Assembly (NCBI GenBank): GCA_000388065.2
Contig: KB932201.1
Reading direction: 5' to 3' (one strand)
Source: Fonticula alba ATCC 38817
Lineage: Eukaryota > Protista > Nucleariida
DNA length: 62,036 bases
In this document: one piece after another, positions 47,401-58,329 of the stretch
Position numbering within the stretch: the stretch's first letter is position 1
Layout: every line of letters begins with the position of its first letter
The notes under the pieces: generated by a model
The model's database searches: none
Told to the model about the DNA's origin: nothing
What the model saw: only the letters and a program-made list of their open reading frames with translations
Made by a program: the position numbers and the translations under genes

Positions 47401-49656
47401 ATGGCTCGAATGCTGGACATCCTGGAAGACTACTGCCTCTTCCGTGGCCATGCATACTGCCGCATCGATGGCCAGACCCCGCATGAAGACCGCCAATCCC
47501 AAATTGATGCCTATAATGCCCCGGGGTCGGAGAAGTTCGCCTTCCTGCTGACCACCCGTGCCGGCGGCCTCGGCATCAACCTGTACACCGCCGACACGGT
47601 GGTCCTCTTCGACTCGGACTGGAACCCTCAGGCCGATCTCCAGGCGCAGGATCGCGCCCATCGGATTGGCCAGCGCCGGCAGGTCCGCTGCTATCGCTTT
47701 GTGACGGAATCCTCGGTCGAGGAAAAGATGATTGAACGGGCCGAGATCAAGCTCCGCCTGGACCGGGTGGTCATCCAGCAGGGTGGGGCCGAGGCGGCGC
47801 GTGCCATGCACTCGGCCGCCGCCGCGTCCAAGGACGAGCTGCTCGGCATGATTCAGCACGGCGCGCGCGAGCTCCTCAACGCCCGGGCCAAGGCCTCGGC
47901 CACTGCCAGCGAGGAGGGCACATCCGCCGGGGCCGATGGCACCGGGACCGCCGACGGTGCTTCCGAGCCTGGTGACGGTGCCCCGGCGGCCGGTGCCTCG
48001 CCCACCTTCAAGGCCATCACCTCTGTGGATGACCTGGACCTGGATGCCCTGCTGGAGCATGGCAATACCAAGACCCGCGAGCTGCATGATCGCCTGCGTG
48101 CGGCCGGCCTCGATGCCCTGGAGACCATGTCCCTCGGTGGGGATGGTGCCTCCGACCGGAGCGTCTACGAGTGGGGCGGCGAGGATTACCGCGACAAGCG
48201 CCGGCGTGAGGAGGAGGCTGCCGCCGCGGCGGCCACCCTGCTGGCTGTCGACCCGAATCAGGAAACCATCGGCGGCTTCGATGCGATGCTCCATGCATCC
48301 GGGCTGGGCGGTGCCATCCTGGCGGAGCCACTCCAATCGCGCCGGAACCAGAAGATCAGTTACAATGTCGATGAGTATTACCGGGATGCCCTGGCCACGG
48401 GCGGCCGGGCGGCCGGGTCGACGCCGGCCTCGCCGCCGGTTCCCCGGGCCCCGCGCCCTCCGCGCCAGGTGGCCGACTACCACTTCTACCCCGTGCGGTT
48501 CTTGGAAATCCAGCAACAGGAGCTGCTGCACTTTTGGCGGACCATCAACTACCGGCCTCCGGAGCCGTCCACGGCCACCGTGACGGCCGACACCTTGGCC
48601 CGGTACCCGGACGATGATCCGGAAACGCAGAAGGCCCGCTTGGCTCAGGCCCTGGCCGATGCCCAGCGCGAGCATCAGGCCCTGTGTGGGCGCATTGCCG
48701 AGGCCGAGCCCCTGACCGAGGAGGTGGTCGCCGAGCGTGATGCCCTGGCCGCCCAGGGATTCCCGGATTGGTCGCAGCGCGACTTCCGGGCCTTTGTTCG
48801 GGCATGCGAGCGCCATGGCCGCGAGGCGGTCGCCGCCATTGCCGAGGAGCTGGCCGCCAGTCCGCATGACAAGTCCCCCGAGGAAGTGCGCGCCTATGCG
48901 ACGGCCTTTTGGTCGGCGGCCGCCGCTCGGCGCAGCCTGTCCCAGGCCGAATGGGACCGGGTTTTGGGGCAGATTGGCCGTGGGGAGACCCGCCGCGGGG
49001 GTGCACGTCTGGCCCAAATGCACCTCGAACGCAAGGTGGCCGCCTATGCGGACCCCCTGCGGCAGTTGCGCGTGGCATACGGGGCCGTCGGCTCGGCCGG
49101 CGGGGAGTCCTGCCTGGTCGGGGTCAATGCCCCATCGGCCGGTGCCGCGGCCCGTGGGCGCCTCTTCTCCGAGGAGGAGGACCGCTTCCTGGTGGTGGCC
49201 CTGGCTCGGATCGGGTATCCGGGCTCGGCTCCGGGGAGCTCGGCCGACGACGCGCCCGCCGTCTATGAGCGCCTGCAGCGGGTCATCCGCGCGTGGCCGG
49301 CCTTCCGCTTCAACTGGTTCATTCGCACCCGGTCGGTGGCCGAGCTGACTCGCCGATGCCAGACTCTGGTGGCTTGCATCGAGCGTGAGCACACCGACGC
49401 CGAAGCCGGCCGGGTGTCCGGCTCTCCGGCGCCCACCTCCGGCATCAAGCGCTCGGCATCCACCGCCGCGGTTGCCGGCTCGGATGATGATCCCCTGAGC
49501 TCCGGCCGTGTGACGCCCATCCCCGAGGCGGCTGCCCCGGCCAAGAAGCGTGCCAAGAAGGAGCCGTCCGCCCCGGGCGCCAATACGCCCGCGGGCGCCT
49601 CCCCCGGCACATCGCCTGCCACGTCCAAGAAGGCTGCCCTCAAGGTCGAGCAGTAG
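44411..49656 (+). CDS. ISWI: ISWI-family SNF2 chromatin remodeller (SMARCA1/5-like), exon order scrambled in this assembly
   Basis: Motifs [69 protein letters not shown] and [30 protein letters not shown]; [26 protein letters not shown]; [37 protein letters not shown]. Likely exon order: 45711-46222, 44411-45023, 46400-46768, 46896-47190, 47327-49656. Confidence 0.93.
45061..45580 (+). repeat. ~520-bp direct duplicate of 46295-46814 (ISWI DEAH exon plus intron flanks)
   Basis: The two copies look identical by eye at offset 1234. Copy 2 starts right after a 10-N gap, and the copies diverge at a poly-C tract. Confidence 0.92.
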
Positions 49657-49884
49657 CTTCCCCTCTTTCTCCTTTTTTTTTGGGTGCTCGCGCGCGCGCA
49701 CCTCCCCTCTTCCCCTCGTATGCGGGGCGCGTCGCCCTGTCCTTGAATAAAAAAAACCCACCAAGAAACCGAAACCCACGCGCACCATGCCACTACCGAT
49801 GTCATCTTTTGCAAGCACACATGGCGGCACGGCAAATGCACGCACATCAGCAGGCGGGGGCGAGGGAAGTGGCGCGAAGGAGGT

Positions 49885-50568
49885 TCAGGTGTTATTGGGT
49901 TTCGCCAGGGTGGGAGCCTGGAACACGGGCTTGCTGAAGGTCGGGACGCGCGGGTCTCGCGCCCGGGGGTCAACGACCGAGTCACTAGGTGCCTGGGTCG
50001 CGACGAAAACCGGCACCTGCAGGTGTGGCGCGCCCAGGCCGTTGGCGCCAGGACCACCGCCGCCCCCGGGCCCGGTCGTGCTTCTGATGGTCGGCGGCCG
50101 CGTCGGCGACCCGGGATCCGAGAGGAAGCGTGGAGCGGCGAAGGCCCCGGCGCCGCTGCCAGGAGCGCCGGAGGGGCCGGCCCCGTGCCAGGCGCGTGAG
50201 ATCGAGGCGGTCATCGAGTCGAAGAGGTGCGTGGCTCCCGAGGCTGACAAGAGAGCCCCGGCCAGGCTGCGCTTCACGGGGAAGCTGGGCGCCTCGGGCA
50301 ACAGGGCGTGCAGCATTTCGGGGACGGTGACATTTTGGCCCGCCTGGCAGGACATTGCCCCGGCCACACTGCCCGGGTCTCCGCCAACCAGCAGCCAGCC
50401 AGCCAAGATCGGCGTCGCCAACGCCAGCGGGGAGCCCATCCACCCGGCCTGGAGGCCCATGTCGGTGGAAGTGGTGGCCAGGAGGAGCATGGCGATGGCC
50501 GGCACGGCGGCCAGTAACATGGCTGCCAGCAGCAGGCGCCGCCCATGGAAGAGCGCTGCGAGGCACAT
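49885..50568 (-). CDS. Hypothetical ~227-aa protein with hydrophobic N-terminal segments (membrane or secreted)
   Basis: ATG-initiated ORF in the gene-sized space between the ISWI stop and the p24 promoter. Hydrophobic LLLAAMLLAAVPAIAMLLLA and LALATPILAGWLLV, an NVT sequon and a Gly/Pro-rich tail. An upstream acceptor suggests a possible extra exon. No family recognised. Confidence 0.5.
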   Translation of the reverse strand: MCLAALFHGRRLLLAAMLLAAVPAIAMLLLATTSTDMGLQAGWMGSPLALATPILAGWLLVGGDPGSVAGAMSCQAGQNVTVPEMLHALLPEAPSFPVKRSLAGALLSASGATHLFDSMTASISRAWHGAGPSGAPGSGAGAFAAPRFLSDPGSPTRPPTIRSTTGPGGGGGPGANGLGAPHLQVPVFVATQAPSDSVVDPRARDPRVPTFSKPVFQAPTLAKPNNT

Positions 50569-51590
50569 GTCGCTGCTCTTCTTTCCGAAGAGAAAAAGGA
50601 TCTGCCAAAGGCAGATGTGAAGAGAGGGAGAGGGAGGGAGAGGGGGCGGAGGCTGGACAGGGCGGCGCCGAGTGTGTCGCCGGGAGACTGGCTCTCAAGG
50701 GCATGGGGGGGGGGGGGGGGACGGGGCGATCAGGCCCCGATCGCCGGCCGCCGCAGGGAACAGGAGGAAACGGGCGGAACGCCACACGGGCAGGTGATTT
50801 TGCTGGGCGAGGGGAGAGAAAAGCGCAACGGCCACCGGGCAGGGCTCAGATCGCAGGGGGGGGGGGGCGGCGGCCTAGATCTGGGCACGGGATCTTCGCG
50901 AGATTGAGCTCGTGCGTTCTGCATTCATCAGGTGGGCCTTTCTGGGCGTTGGTGCCGACCGTCCGGCCAGCCAGCCCGGAGATGGCTGCCCCGCCGTCCT
51001 GGGGCTTTCGTCCGCGCTTGGCAGCAGCCGGTCCACTTCGGAAACTAGTGATGCCCGCCCGGGGGGCTGCAGGCCGGGGCCGGGCCGCCCTTAACCAGTG
51101 GCCGGGGAGGCTCATGCATCCGGACATCCGCGCAGACAGAGTCGCATACATGCCTCTCTGCACACACGCACACACACACACACCCACAGACACTTGACCT
51201 TTTCACACACACACGTCCACTTGCCCCCCCGCGGCCGAGCATCCAGGTCCCCCCTTCGCGGTGCCCATCAACCGGGGCTGGGGGGGCGCAAGGGGAGCCG
51301 TCCTGCGCCAGGACGCCGAACCAGACCCATCCAGACCTCTTCTCTCGCCTCCTCCCCTCCCTCCGCTCCTCGCTTTCCTCCCTTTTGCTGGCTTTCCTCC
51401 ACCCCTGGCCCCGCCAACAGCGCTTGCCTGTGCGTCACCCGTTGTCGCTTCATCATCGTCATCATCATCAGCCCTTTGGTGAGGTCCCTCGCTCCCCGCC
51501 CTCCTCGTCTGCTCAGGCATGTGCACTGACCATTGGGCACCCTGCGCCTTGCCCCGCCTTCCCGCCTGAGGGGTGCCTAGGCATTTCACC

Positions 51591-52488
51591 ATGCTTCCGA
51601 AGCGCCTGATTAGTCTGCTGCTTGCCGGCATCATGGCCCTGTCGGCCGTCCAGGCGGCCGTCGTCAAGTTCGACCTCCCGACCGTCCGCGAGGGCAGCAA
51701 CAGCTGGGTCTGGTGCGTGACGCGCCCCTCAATCCAGACCGGGGCCGAGAGACACCCCTACGGCCCCAGCATCAGATCCACGCGCATGCATTCTCCTCCT
51801 CTGACGCCGCCCCCCCCCCCCCCNNNNNNNNNNAGGGGGGGGGGGCCGGGCGGGTTGGCCGGGAACGCCGATCATCCTGTCCCCTTCCTGGGGCTCGGCC
51901 GTCCCGGTGGAATCGCAAATGGTGTCCCGCCGGAAGGGGGGGGGGAGGCCGGGAGGGCAGATGTTGGCCCGGAGATCGGAAACCAGTTTGCGGGTCATGC
52001 CCGACGCCCCCCCCCCCCCCCCCCCCCCCCCCCCCCACGCGAACATCCCAGGGGGTGGGCTGGGCCGATTCCCCGGGCAGCCTCGTCTCCCGCCATGTAA
52101 CACCGGCGATTGGGTGCGATATTACCTTCATTTATATTGCCTTCCCTTTCCCATCGCCCTGCAATAGGCCCCTTTCTCCGCTGGCGAGGTCGCCCATGCC
52201 GGCGGGGTGAATGGGGCCTCCGAAGGGGTCCCGGCCGCCCGGAGGCGCACACCGAAGACGGTCGGGAGAAAAATTCCCCCCCCCCCCCCACCCCCCCTAA
52301 AGTACTAACTAGCAGGCACCAGCGCCCCCGACTACCCCCCGGCGGGGGGGGGGGGGGGGGGGGGGGGGCCGGGGGGGAAAGAAGAGCCGGGGGGGCGGGG
52401 GCCGGGGGGCCCCCCCCCCTTTCGGGTTTTGGCCGGCCCCGCGCCCCCCGCCCCCCCCCCCCCCCCCCCCACCCCCCCCCCCCCCCTT

Positions 52489-52524
<36 letters not shown>

Positions 52525-53570
52525 ATGATGCTCCTGTCACTCGCAGCATTGGCGATTTCGCATCCCAGAACAGCCTGGTTAGCATCTCGTACAAGCTCTC
52601 CGAGCCGGCTGTTAACATGCGCACCATCCTGCGCATCCTGGACCCGTCTGGCAATCGCCTGCATCTGCGGGAGGATGCCCCGCCGTCTGGGGATTTCACT
52701 TTCGCCACGCTGGACCCCCATGGCGCCTTCGAAGCCTGCTTCATGAATGTCGGCGACAGCCGTGCGTCTCGCTCTTCCCCCGTGTGGCTGCGGGCGCGAG
52801 CCTCCCCGGCATCCTCTGCCAGCCTTTTTTTTGCCTTTTTTTTCTGCGAGGCAACAGATGTCTCATCAACTCCCACTCACCTGCCTCTGCTGCACATGCA
52901 TCGCCCGATCCTGCGGCCACAGGCGCCAATCGCCGGGCATCTCCGCAGCCCCGCTCGGTGGTTCTTGATGTGCGTCGATTTTCAAGCAGCCTGCCGACGA
53001 TCTTGACACATGCCTCGCCTGGCAGCAGTCGTCTGACGCATTTGTCTCCTGCTTCCCTTGCCCTGCCCCCTCCCTCGCGGGCATAGATCCGCACGGGTCA
53101 CGAAACCAACGACTACGACATGGGGATGGACGACCCGGAGTCCAATCGCGAGCTGCTCACTCTGCGCACCGCCGAGCAGACCATCCGCCAAGTTCTTGAC
53201 ATCAGTGAGAACATCCGCGACGAGATGACCTACATTCGCTCGCGCGAGGCCCGTCTCCGCCGGACCAATGGTGCGAACTGGCTGGGCGCCGTTTAGCAGG
53301 GAGGAACATTCTCTGCTTGAGATGGGGGGGGGATTCCCTTTTGTCGCATGTTTCACCTACTCAAGGACGCTATCTGACACAATCTGCCCCTTCTCCGGCG
53401 GAACTGCTTTCCCCCTCCTGGCCCGCCACGCACGGACACACCCACACGCAGAGTCCACCTACGACCGCGTCAAGTGGTTCGGCTACTTCTCGGTCCTGGT
53501 CATGATTCTTCTTGGTGTGTACCAGGTGTCGCAAGTCCGTAGCTTCCTCCGCAAGAAGAAGGCCATCTAA
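51591..53570 (+). CDS. TMED10: p24/emp24 GOLD-domain cargo receptor, p24delta (TMED10/Erv25) type
   Basis: Exons 51591-51712, 52547-52761, 52923-52969, 53087-53270 and 53452-53570. Signal peptide, GOLD cysteines (WVCIGDF, FEACF), coiled coil EMTYIRSREARLRRTNEST, TM and the cytosolic tail RSFLRKKKAI (KKxx-type). Confidence 0.9.
51834..52013. repeat. Dispersed repeat, copy A (in p24 intron 1)
   Basis: GGCCGGGCGGGTTGGCCGGGAACGCCGATCATCCTGTCCCC...GGAGATCGGAAACCAGTTTGCGGGTCATGCCCGACG also occurs at 54149-54340 and partly at 60535-60642. Confidence 0.9.
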
Positions 53571-54148
53571 GGACACAGGACCCCTCCTCCGCGCCCTCCC
53601 CCCCCCTCCCTTTCCATCTCCGCCCAAGTGCCCCATACTCGTGGACACAAACCCATGCATGCATGCGTGCGCCTTCTGTCTCGCGGCTACGCGGCCCCCT
53701 TTTCACGTCCTCCCTGAAGAGGTGTCCCCCGTCGACCGTGAGGACTCCTCTTGACATCAGAAAAAAAATAAATCCCTCCAAAGCACCCGGCGCACGAGCA
53801 GAGCAAGCACAGCGCATACATGCGCGCGCGAACACACGAGGGGGGATCAGCACAGCGAAGGCCGGAGTGGCCCACTCCAAACTGCAAAAGAACCAGGAGG
53901 GGATGGGTGTACCTGCCTACACCCATCAAGGGGAAACACCCATGACAGGCGTACAAAGCACACTCAGACACACACACACACGCACGCACGCACACGGACA
54001 CACTGCGCCACCCCGCCTGTCACGAAGCACGACAAGTGAAAGACGTCGCTCTTTGGCCCTGGCCGCGCCCGGCTGACATTTTCGTGGGACACATGCACGC
54101 GCATGCTGGCCCTCCCGCCCCCCCCCCCCNNNNNNNNNNNNNNNNNNN

Positions 54149-54340
54149 AGCGCCGAAGGGCCAGGGGGGGGGGGCCGGGCGGGTTGGCCGGGAACGCCGA
54201 TCATCCTGTCCCCTTCCTGGGGCTCGGCCGTCCCGGTGGAATCGCAAATGGTGTCCCCCGGAAGGGGGGGGGGAGGCCGGGAGGGCAGATGTTGGCCCGG
54301 AGATCGGAAACCAGTTTGCGGGTCATGCCCGACGCCCCCC
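54149..54340. repeat. Dispersed repeat, copy B (between the convergent p24 and BiP genes)
   Basis: Near-identical to copy A, with one small indel (GTGTCCCCGG vs GTGTCCCGCCGG). Begins at an N-gap and ends in poly-C. Confidence 0.9.
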
Positions 54341-54341
54341 C

Positions 54342-54373
<32 letters not shown>

Positions 54374-54585
54374 GAAGTAGAAAGCCCCCAGCCCCACACA
54401 CACACACGGGCACCGGAGAGTAAGAGAAGGGCACAAGAAAAATGCAAGGAAGAATAATGATTTGAAGATCTGTGTATATTGGGGAGGGGAGAGAGAGAAA
54501 GAGAAAAGAGAGAGAGGAGGATTTCTCGGGGCCTTCTCGCGCGCGCGCGCGCAAAAGCACACATCACTGCACACTCTTCCTTCCT

Positions 54586-56823
54586 TTAGAGCTCAGTGTG
54601 GTCGGTGGGGTTGGTGAACTGCTCACCACCGGCGGCACCGCCCGCGTTGGAGGCATACATCTTGGCCACAATCGGCTGGACAGTGGTGTCCAGGGTCTTG
54701 CGGGCCTCGGCGTACTCCTCGGTGGAGGCCTCCGGGTTCTCGGCCAGCCAGGCAATGGCCTGGTCGACGGCGGCAGAGACGGCCTTCTTGTCCTCCTCGG
54801 CGAGCTTGCCGAGAGACCCCTCGTCGGTCAGCTGGCCGCGCAGGGAGTAAGCCTGAGACTCGAGGCCATTGCGAGCATCGATGCGCTCCTTGGCCATGCG
54901 GTCCTCCTCGGCGAAGCGCTCGGCCTCGGCGATCATCTTCTCAATCTCGGCGGTGGAAAGACGGCCGCGATCGTTGGTGATGGTGATCTCCTGGCTGTTG
55001 CCGGTGCCCTTGTCGACGGCCGACACACGCAGCAGGCCGGACACGTCGATCTCGAAGGTGACCTCGATCTGGGGAATGCCACGCATGGCCGGCGGGATGC
55101 CGGTCAGCTCGAACTTGCCCAGGAGGTTGTTGTCCTTGGTGAACTGGCGCTCACCCTCGAACACCTGGATCAGGACGGCGGACTGGTTGTCGGCGGCGGT
55201 GGTGAAAATCTGCGACTTGCGGGTGGGGATGGCAGTGTTGCGGGGGATCAGCTTGGCCAGCACACCACCGGTGGTCTCAATGCCCAGAGTCAGGGGGCAA
55301 ACATCGACCAGGACCAGATCGTCGGCCTGCGAGTCACCGGAAAGGATACCACCCTGGACGGCGGCGCCAAAGGCAACGGCCTCATCGGGGTTGATGCCCT
55401 TGCTGGCCTTGCGACTGCCGAAGAAGCCCTCGAGCAGCTCCACAACCTTGGGAATACGAGTGGAACCACCAACCAGGACGATGTCATCGACGTCGGACTT
55501 CTGGAGGCCGGCATCCTCAAGAACACGGCGGACCGGCTCCAGGGTACGGCGGAAGAGATCCATGTTGAGCTCCTCGAACTTGGCACGGGACAGGGTCTCG
55601 GAGAAGTCCAGACCATCGACCAGGGCCTCGATCTCCAGACGAGCGGAGGGCTGCAGGGAAAGGGCACGCTTGGCCTTCTCGACCTCGCGCTTGAGCTTGC
55701 CCAGGGCGCGGGTGTCGGGGCGGATGTCACGGCCGTGCTTCTTCTTGATGATGTCGATGAAGTGGTCCATCACGCGATGGTCGAAGTCCTGACCACCGAG
55801 GTGGGTGTCACCGCTGGTGGCCAGCACCTCGAAGACGCCGGAGTCAATGGACAGCAGGGACACATCGAAGGTACCACCACCGAGATCGAACACGAGGATG
55901 GTGCGCTCGTCGCCCTTCTTGTCCAGGCCGTAGGCAATGGCAGCGGCGGTGGGCTCGTTGATGATGCGCAGGACATTGAGACCGGCGATGGTGCCGGCAT
56001 CCTTGGTGGCCTGGCGCTGGGCGTCGTTGAAGTAGGCCGGCACAGTGACGACGGCGTTCTTGACCTCATGACCAAGGTAGGTCTCGGCGATCTCCTTCAT
56101 CTTCTGGAGGACCATGCCGGAGACCTCCTCCGCGACGAAGGTGGTGGGCTTGCCGTTGACATCGACATGGAAGCTGGGCTTGCCGGACTTGTCAGCCTTG
56201 ACGGAGAAGGGCCAGTTCTTCAGGTCGTCCTGGATCTCCTTGTCGTTGAACTTGTGGCCAATCATGCGCTTGGCGTCGTAGATGGTGCGAGAGGGGTTCA
56301 TGGCGGCCTGGTTCTTGGCGGCATCACCAATCAGGCGCTCATCATCAGTGAAAGCGACGACGGACGGGGTAATGCGGTTACCCTACGGAGGGGGGAGGGG
56401 GAGAGGGGAGGAGAAGACCAGGACAAGGGACGAGTCAGCGGTCTGGGCTCATGGCCGAGAGGGGGGGGGACAGGGCCGGGCGGCCGGGCGCGGCAGAAGA
56501 GGGAGAAGCAGAAGAAGCGGAAGAAGCGGAAGAAGCGGAGGAAGCGGAAGGGGGTGGGTACGAACCTGCTCGTTGGCAATGACCTCGACGCGGCCGTTCT
56601 TGAAGACACCAACGCAAGAGTAGGTGGTGCCGAGATCAATACCGATAACAGTGCCAAGGTCCTCCTTGGCAGCGACGGGGGTGGGAGAGAAAACGAAGGC
56701 CAGAATGGCCAGGGTGGCGATGACGAAAGAGAGGAAGAGAGCGCTCAGGTGGCGGGGCGACGAGGCGCCGGAGCCGCGGGAACGGCGGGCGCCGGCCGGC
56801 CGGCGAGCAACAAGGACCGACAT
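54586..56823 (-). CDS. KAR2: ER Hsp70 chaperone BiP/Kar2/GRP78 (684 aa, 2 coding exons)
   Basis: Exons 56823-56566 and 56382-54586. Signal peptide, [21 protein letters not shown]|[37 protein letters not shown] and an ER-retention-type C-terminus HTEL. Confidence 0.97.
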
Positions 56824-57073
56824 TTTGGTGAAATAGAAAATTCAGCCAACCTGTAGGGGCACAGGGAGGAGGAGGGGGAGGAGGGAGAGGGAGAGGGAGA
56901 GGGAGAGGGAGAGAGAGAGAGAGAGAAGGTGTCAGTGGGTGGGGGAGGCAGCTGGAGCAAGGGAGAGGGAGGGAGAGGGAGGGAGAGGGAGGGAAGAGAG
57001 ACACACTCAAAGAGAGAAATGAAAGCCCAAAGTTTTCTGGCAACAAGTGGCTGCTGGAAGGTCGGGTCAGCCA

Positions 57074-57081
57074 CTTAAATA
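57074..57081 (-). promoter_or_regulatory. TATA-like element (TATTTAAG) upstream of BiP
   Basis: About 250 nt upstream of the ATG, with an apparent 5'UTR intron (CT tract, acceptor CTACAG near 56853) in between. Function is inferred. Confidence 0.3.
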
Positions 57082-58329
57082 GCTGGGCCGCCAGTCACCC
57101 GGGCCGGACCCCCCAGGCGGGCAGACAAGAAAGAGGGGCCCCGCCACCCCCCACCGGGAGGGGGGGTAAACACACGGACCACCCCTCGTTCCTGTCCGCC
57201 GCCTCCCGCCACGCCGTCCCCCCTCAACCACTGGGAATGACTGTGAAACGTCTGTTTGTGACTACGAAAGAGCATGGCCCGGGAGGGGGAGGGAGGGAGA
57301 CAGCCCCATCCGCCCTCCCCGGCTGGTGCCGCCCAGTCGCGCCCCGCCACCCCGGCAACTCCACACGCGTGCAAGGAGTCCCCCGGGCGAAATTCGGACA
57401 GATGTCACACACAAACACACACACACACACACCAGTGGCGAGAAAGAGGCAGAGGAAGCCCATGGCCCGCAGACGTGCGCAAGTGTCGATGCCGCTGCTC
57501 GCCCCATCAAGCCCGGAGGAGGATGCCTCGCCGGGGAAATGGGAGCATGCGTGCCTCCCCGGACTGATGTAAAAATCAGGGCCCGGGAACCGGGCAGGGA
57601 GAGCCTTCCCCACCATGGATGGCGGCGAAAGAACCCCTACTACCACAGACACCGACAGCAGCCTGCACGCTGGAGGTGGTGTGCACACTCGCGCGGCGTG
57701 CCTGGGGAAGCGACCGCCCCACAGAGTGATGCCCGGCATGAAAGCCGAACGCCTCTGTCGAACGACACAGGCTCAGGCGCACCAACCAAGAGGCACGGGA
57801 GAAAGGACGTGGGGGAGGGGGGGGGGGGGGGGGGGGGGGGAAAACCCAACAAGGCAGGCGCCGGAAGGAGAAGGGGCCAGGCCGAGCGGGGGCCGGCACG
57901 ACCGCCGAAGGGGGGGGGGGGGGGGACGGGGCAGGACATCGAGAGTGCGAGGGCANNNNNNNNNNNNNNNNNNNNNNNNNNNNNNNNNNNNNNNNNNNNN
58001 NNNNNNNNNNNNNNNNNNNNNNNNNNNNNNNNNNNNNNNNNNNNNNNNNNNNNNNNNNNNNNNNNNNNNNNNNNNNNNNNNNNNNNNNNNNAAGGAACCG
58101 CGATCGGCCAGCAATGCCCGTAAGGACGGGGGATTGACACCGTTTGACAATGGGTCAGCATGGAGGTCTCTCGGAGTGTGTTTGTGGCGGTGACGCGCTG
58201 CTGCCCATTTTACCAGGCGACCATTGAGTGACAGCAGGGGCCCCGAAGAGGAGGCGAGGCGGAATGCAGGGACGTACGAGGATACAAGGGCCTCAGGGGA
58301 AGAGGACGAGGATCTGGAACAGGAGGCGG

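Noticed and set aside
47317-49845. 842-aa antisense ORF over ISWI, and similar long ORFs at 8238-9962, 14827-16989 and 19477-21576
   Set aside because: Stop-poor shadow frames in high-GC coding DNA with no recognisable motifs.
51970-51985. GGAGATCGGAAAC in the dispersed repeat resembles an Illumina adapter
   Set aside because: Only 9 nt match AGATCGGAAGAGC, and it is embedded identically within a longer repeat.
56668-56823. Long Arg-rich n-region of the BiP signal peptide
   Set aside because: Extended basic n-regions are common in fungal BiP/Kar2 presequences; not unusual.
54472-56856. 794-aa ORF antisense to BiP
   Set aside because: This is the well-known Hsp70 antisense shadow ORF caused by codon bias (often mis-annotated as NAD-glutamate dehydrogenase); the sense strand explains the locus.
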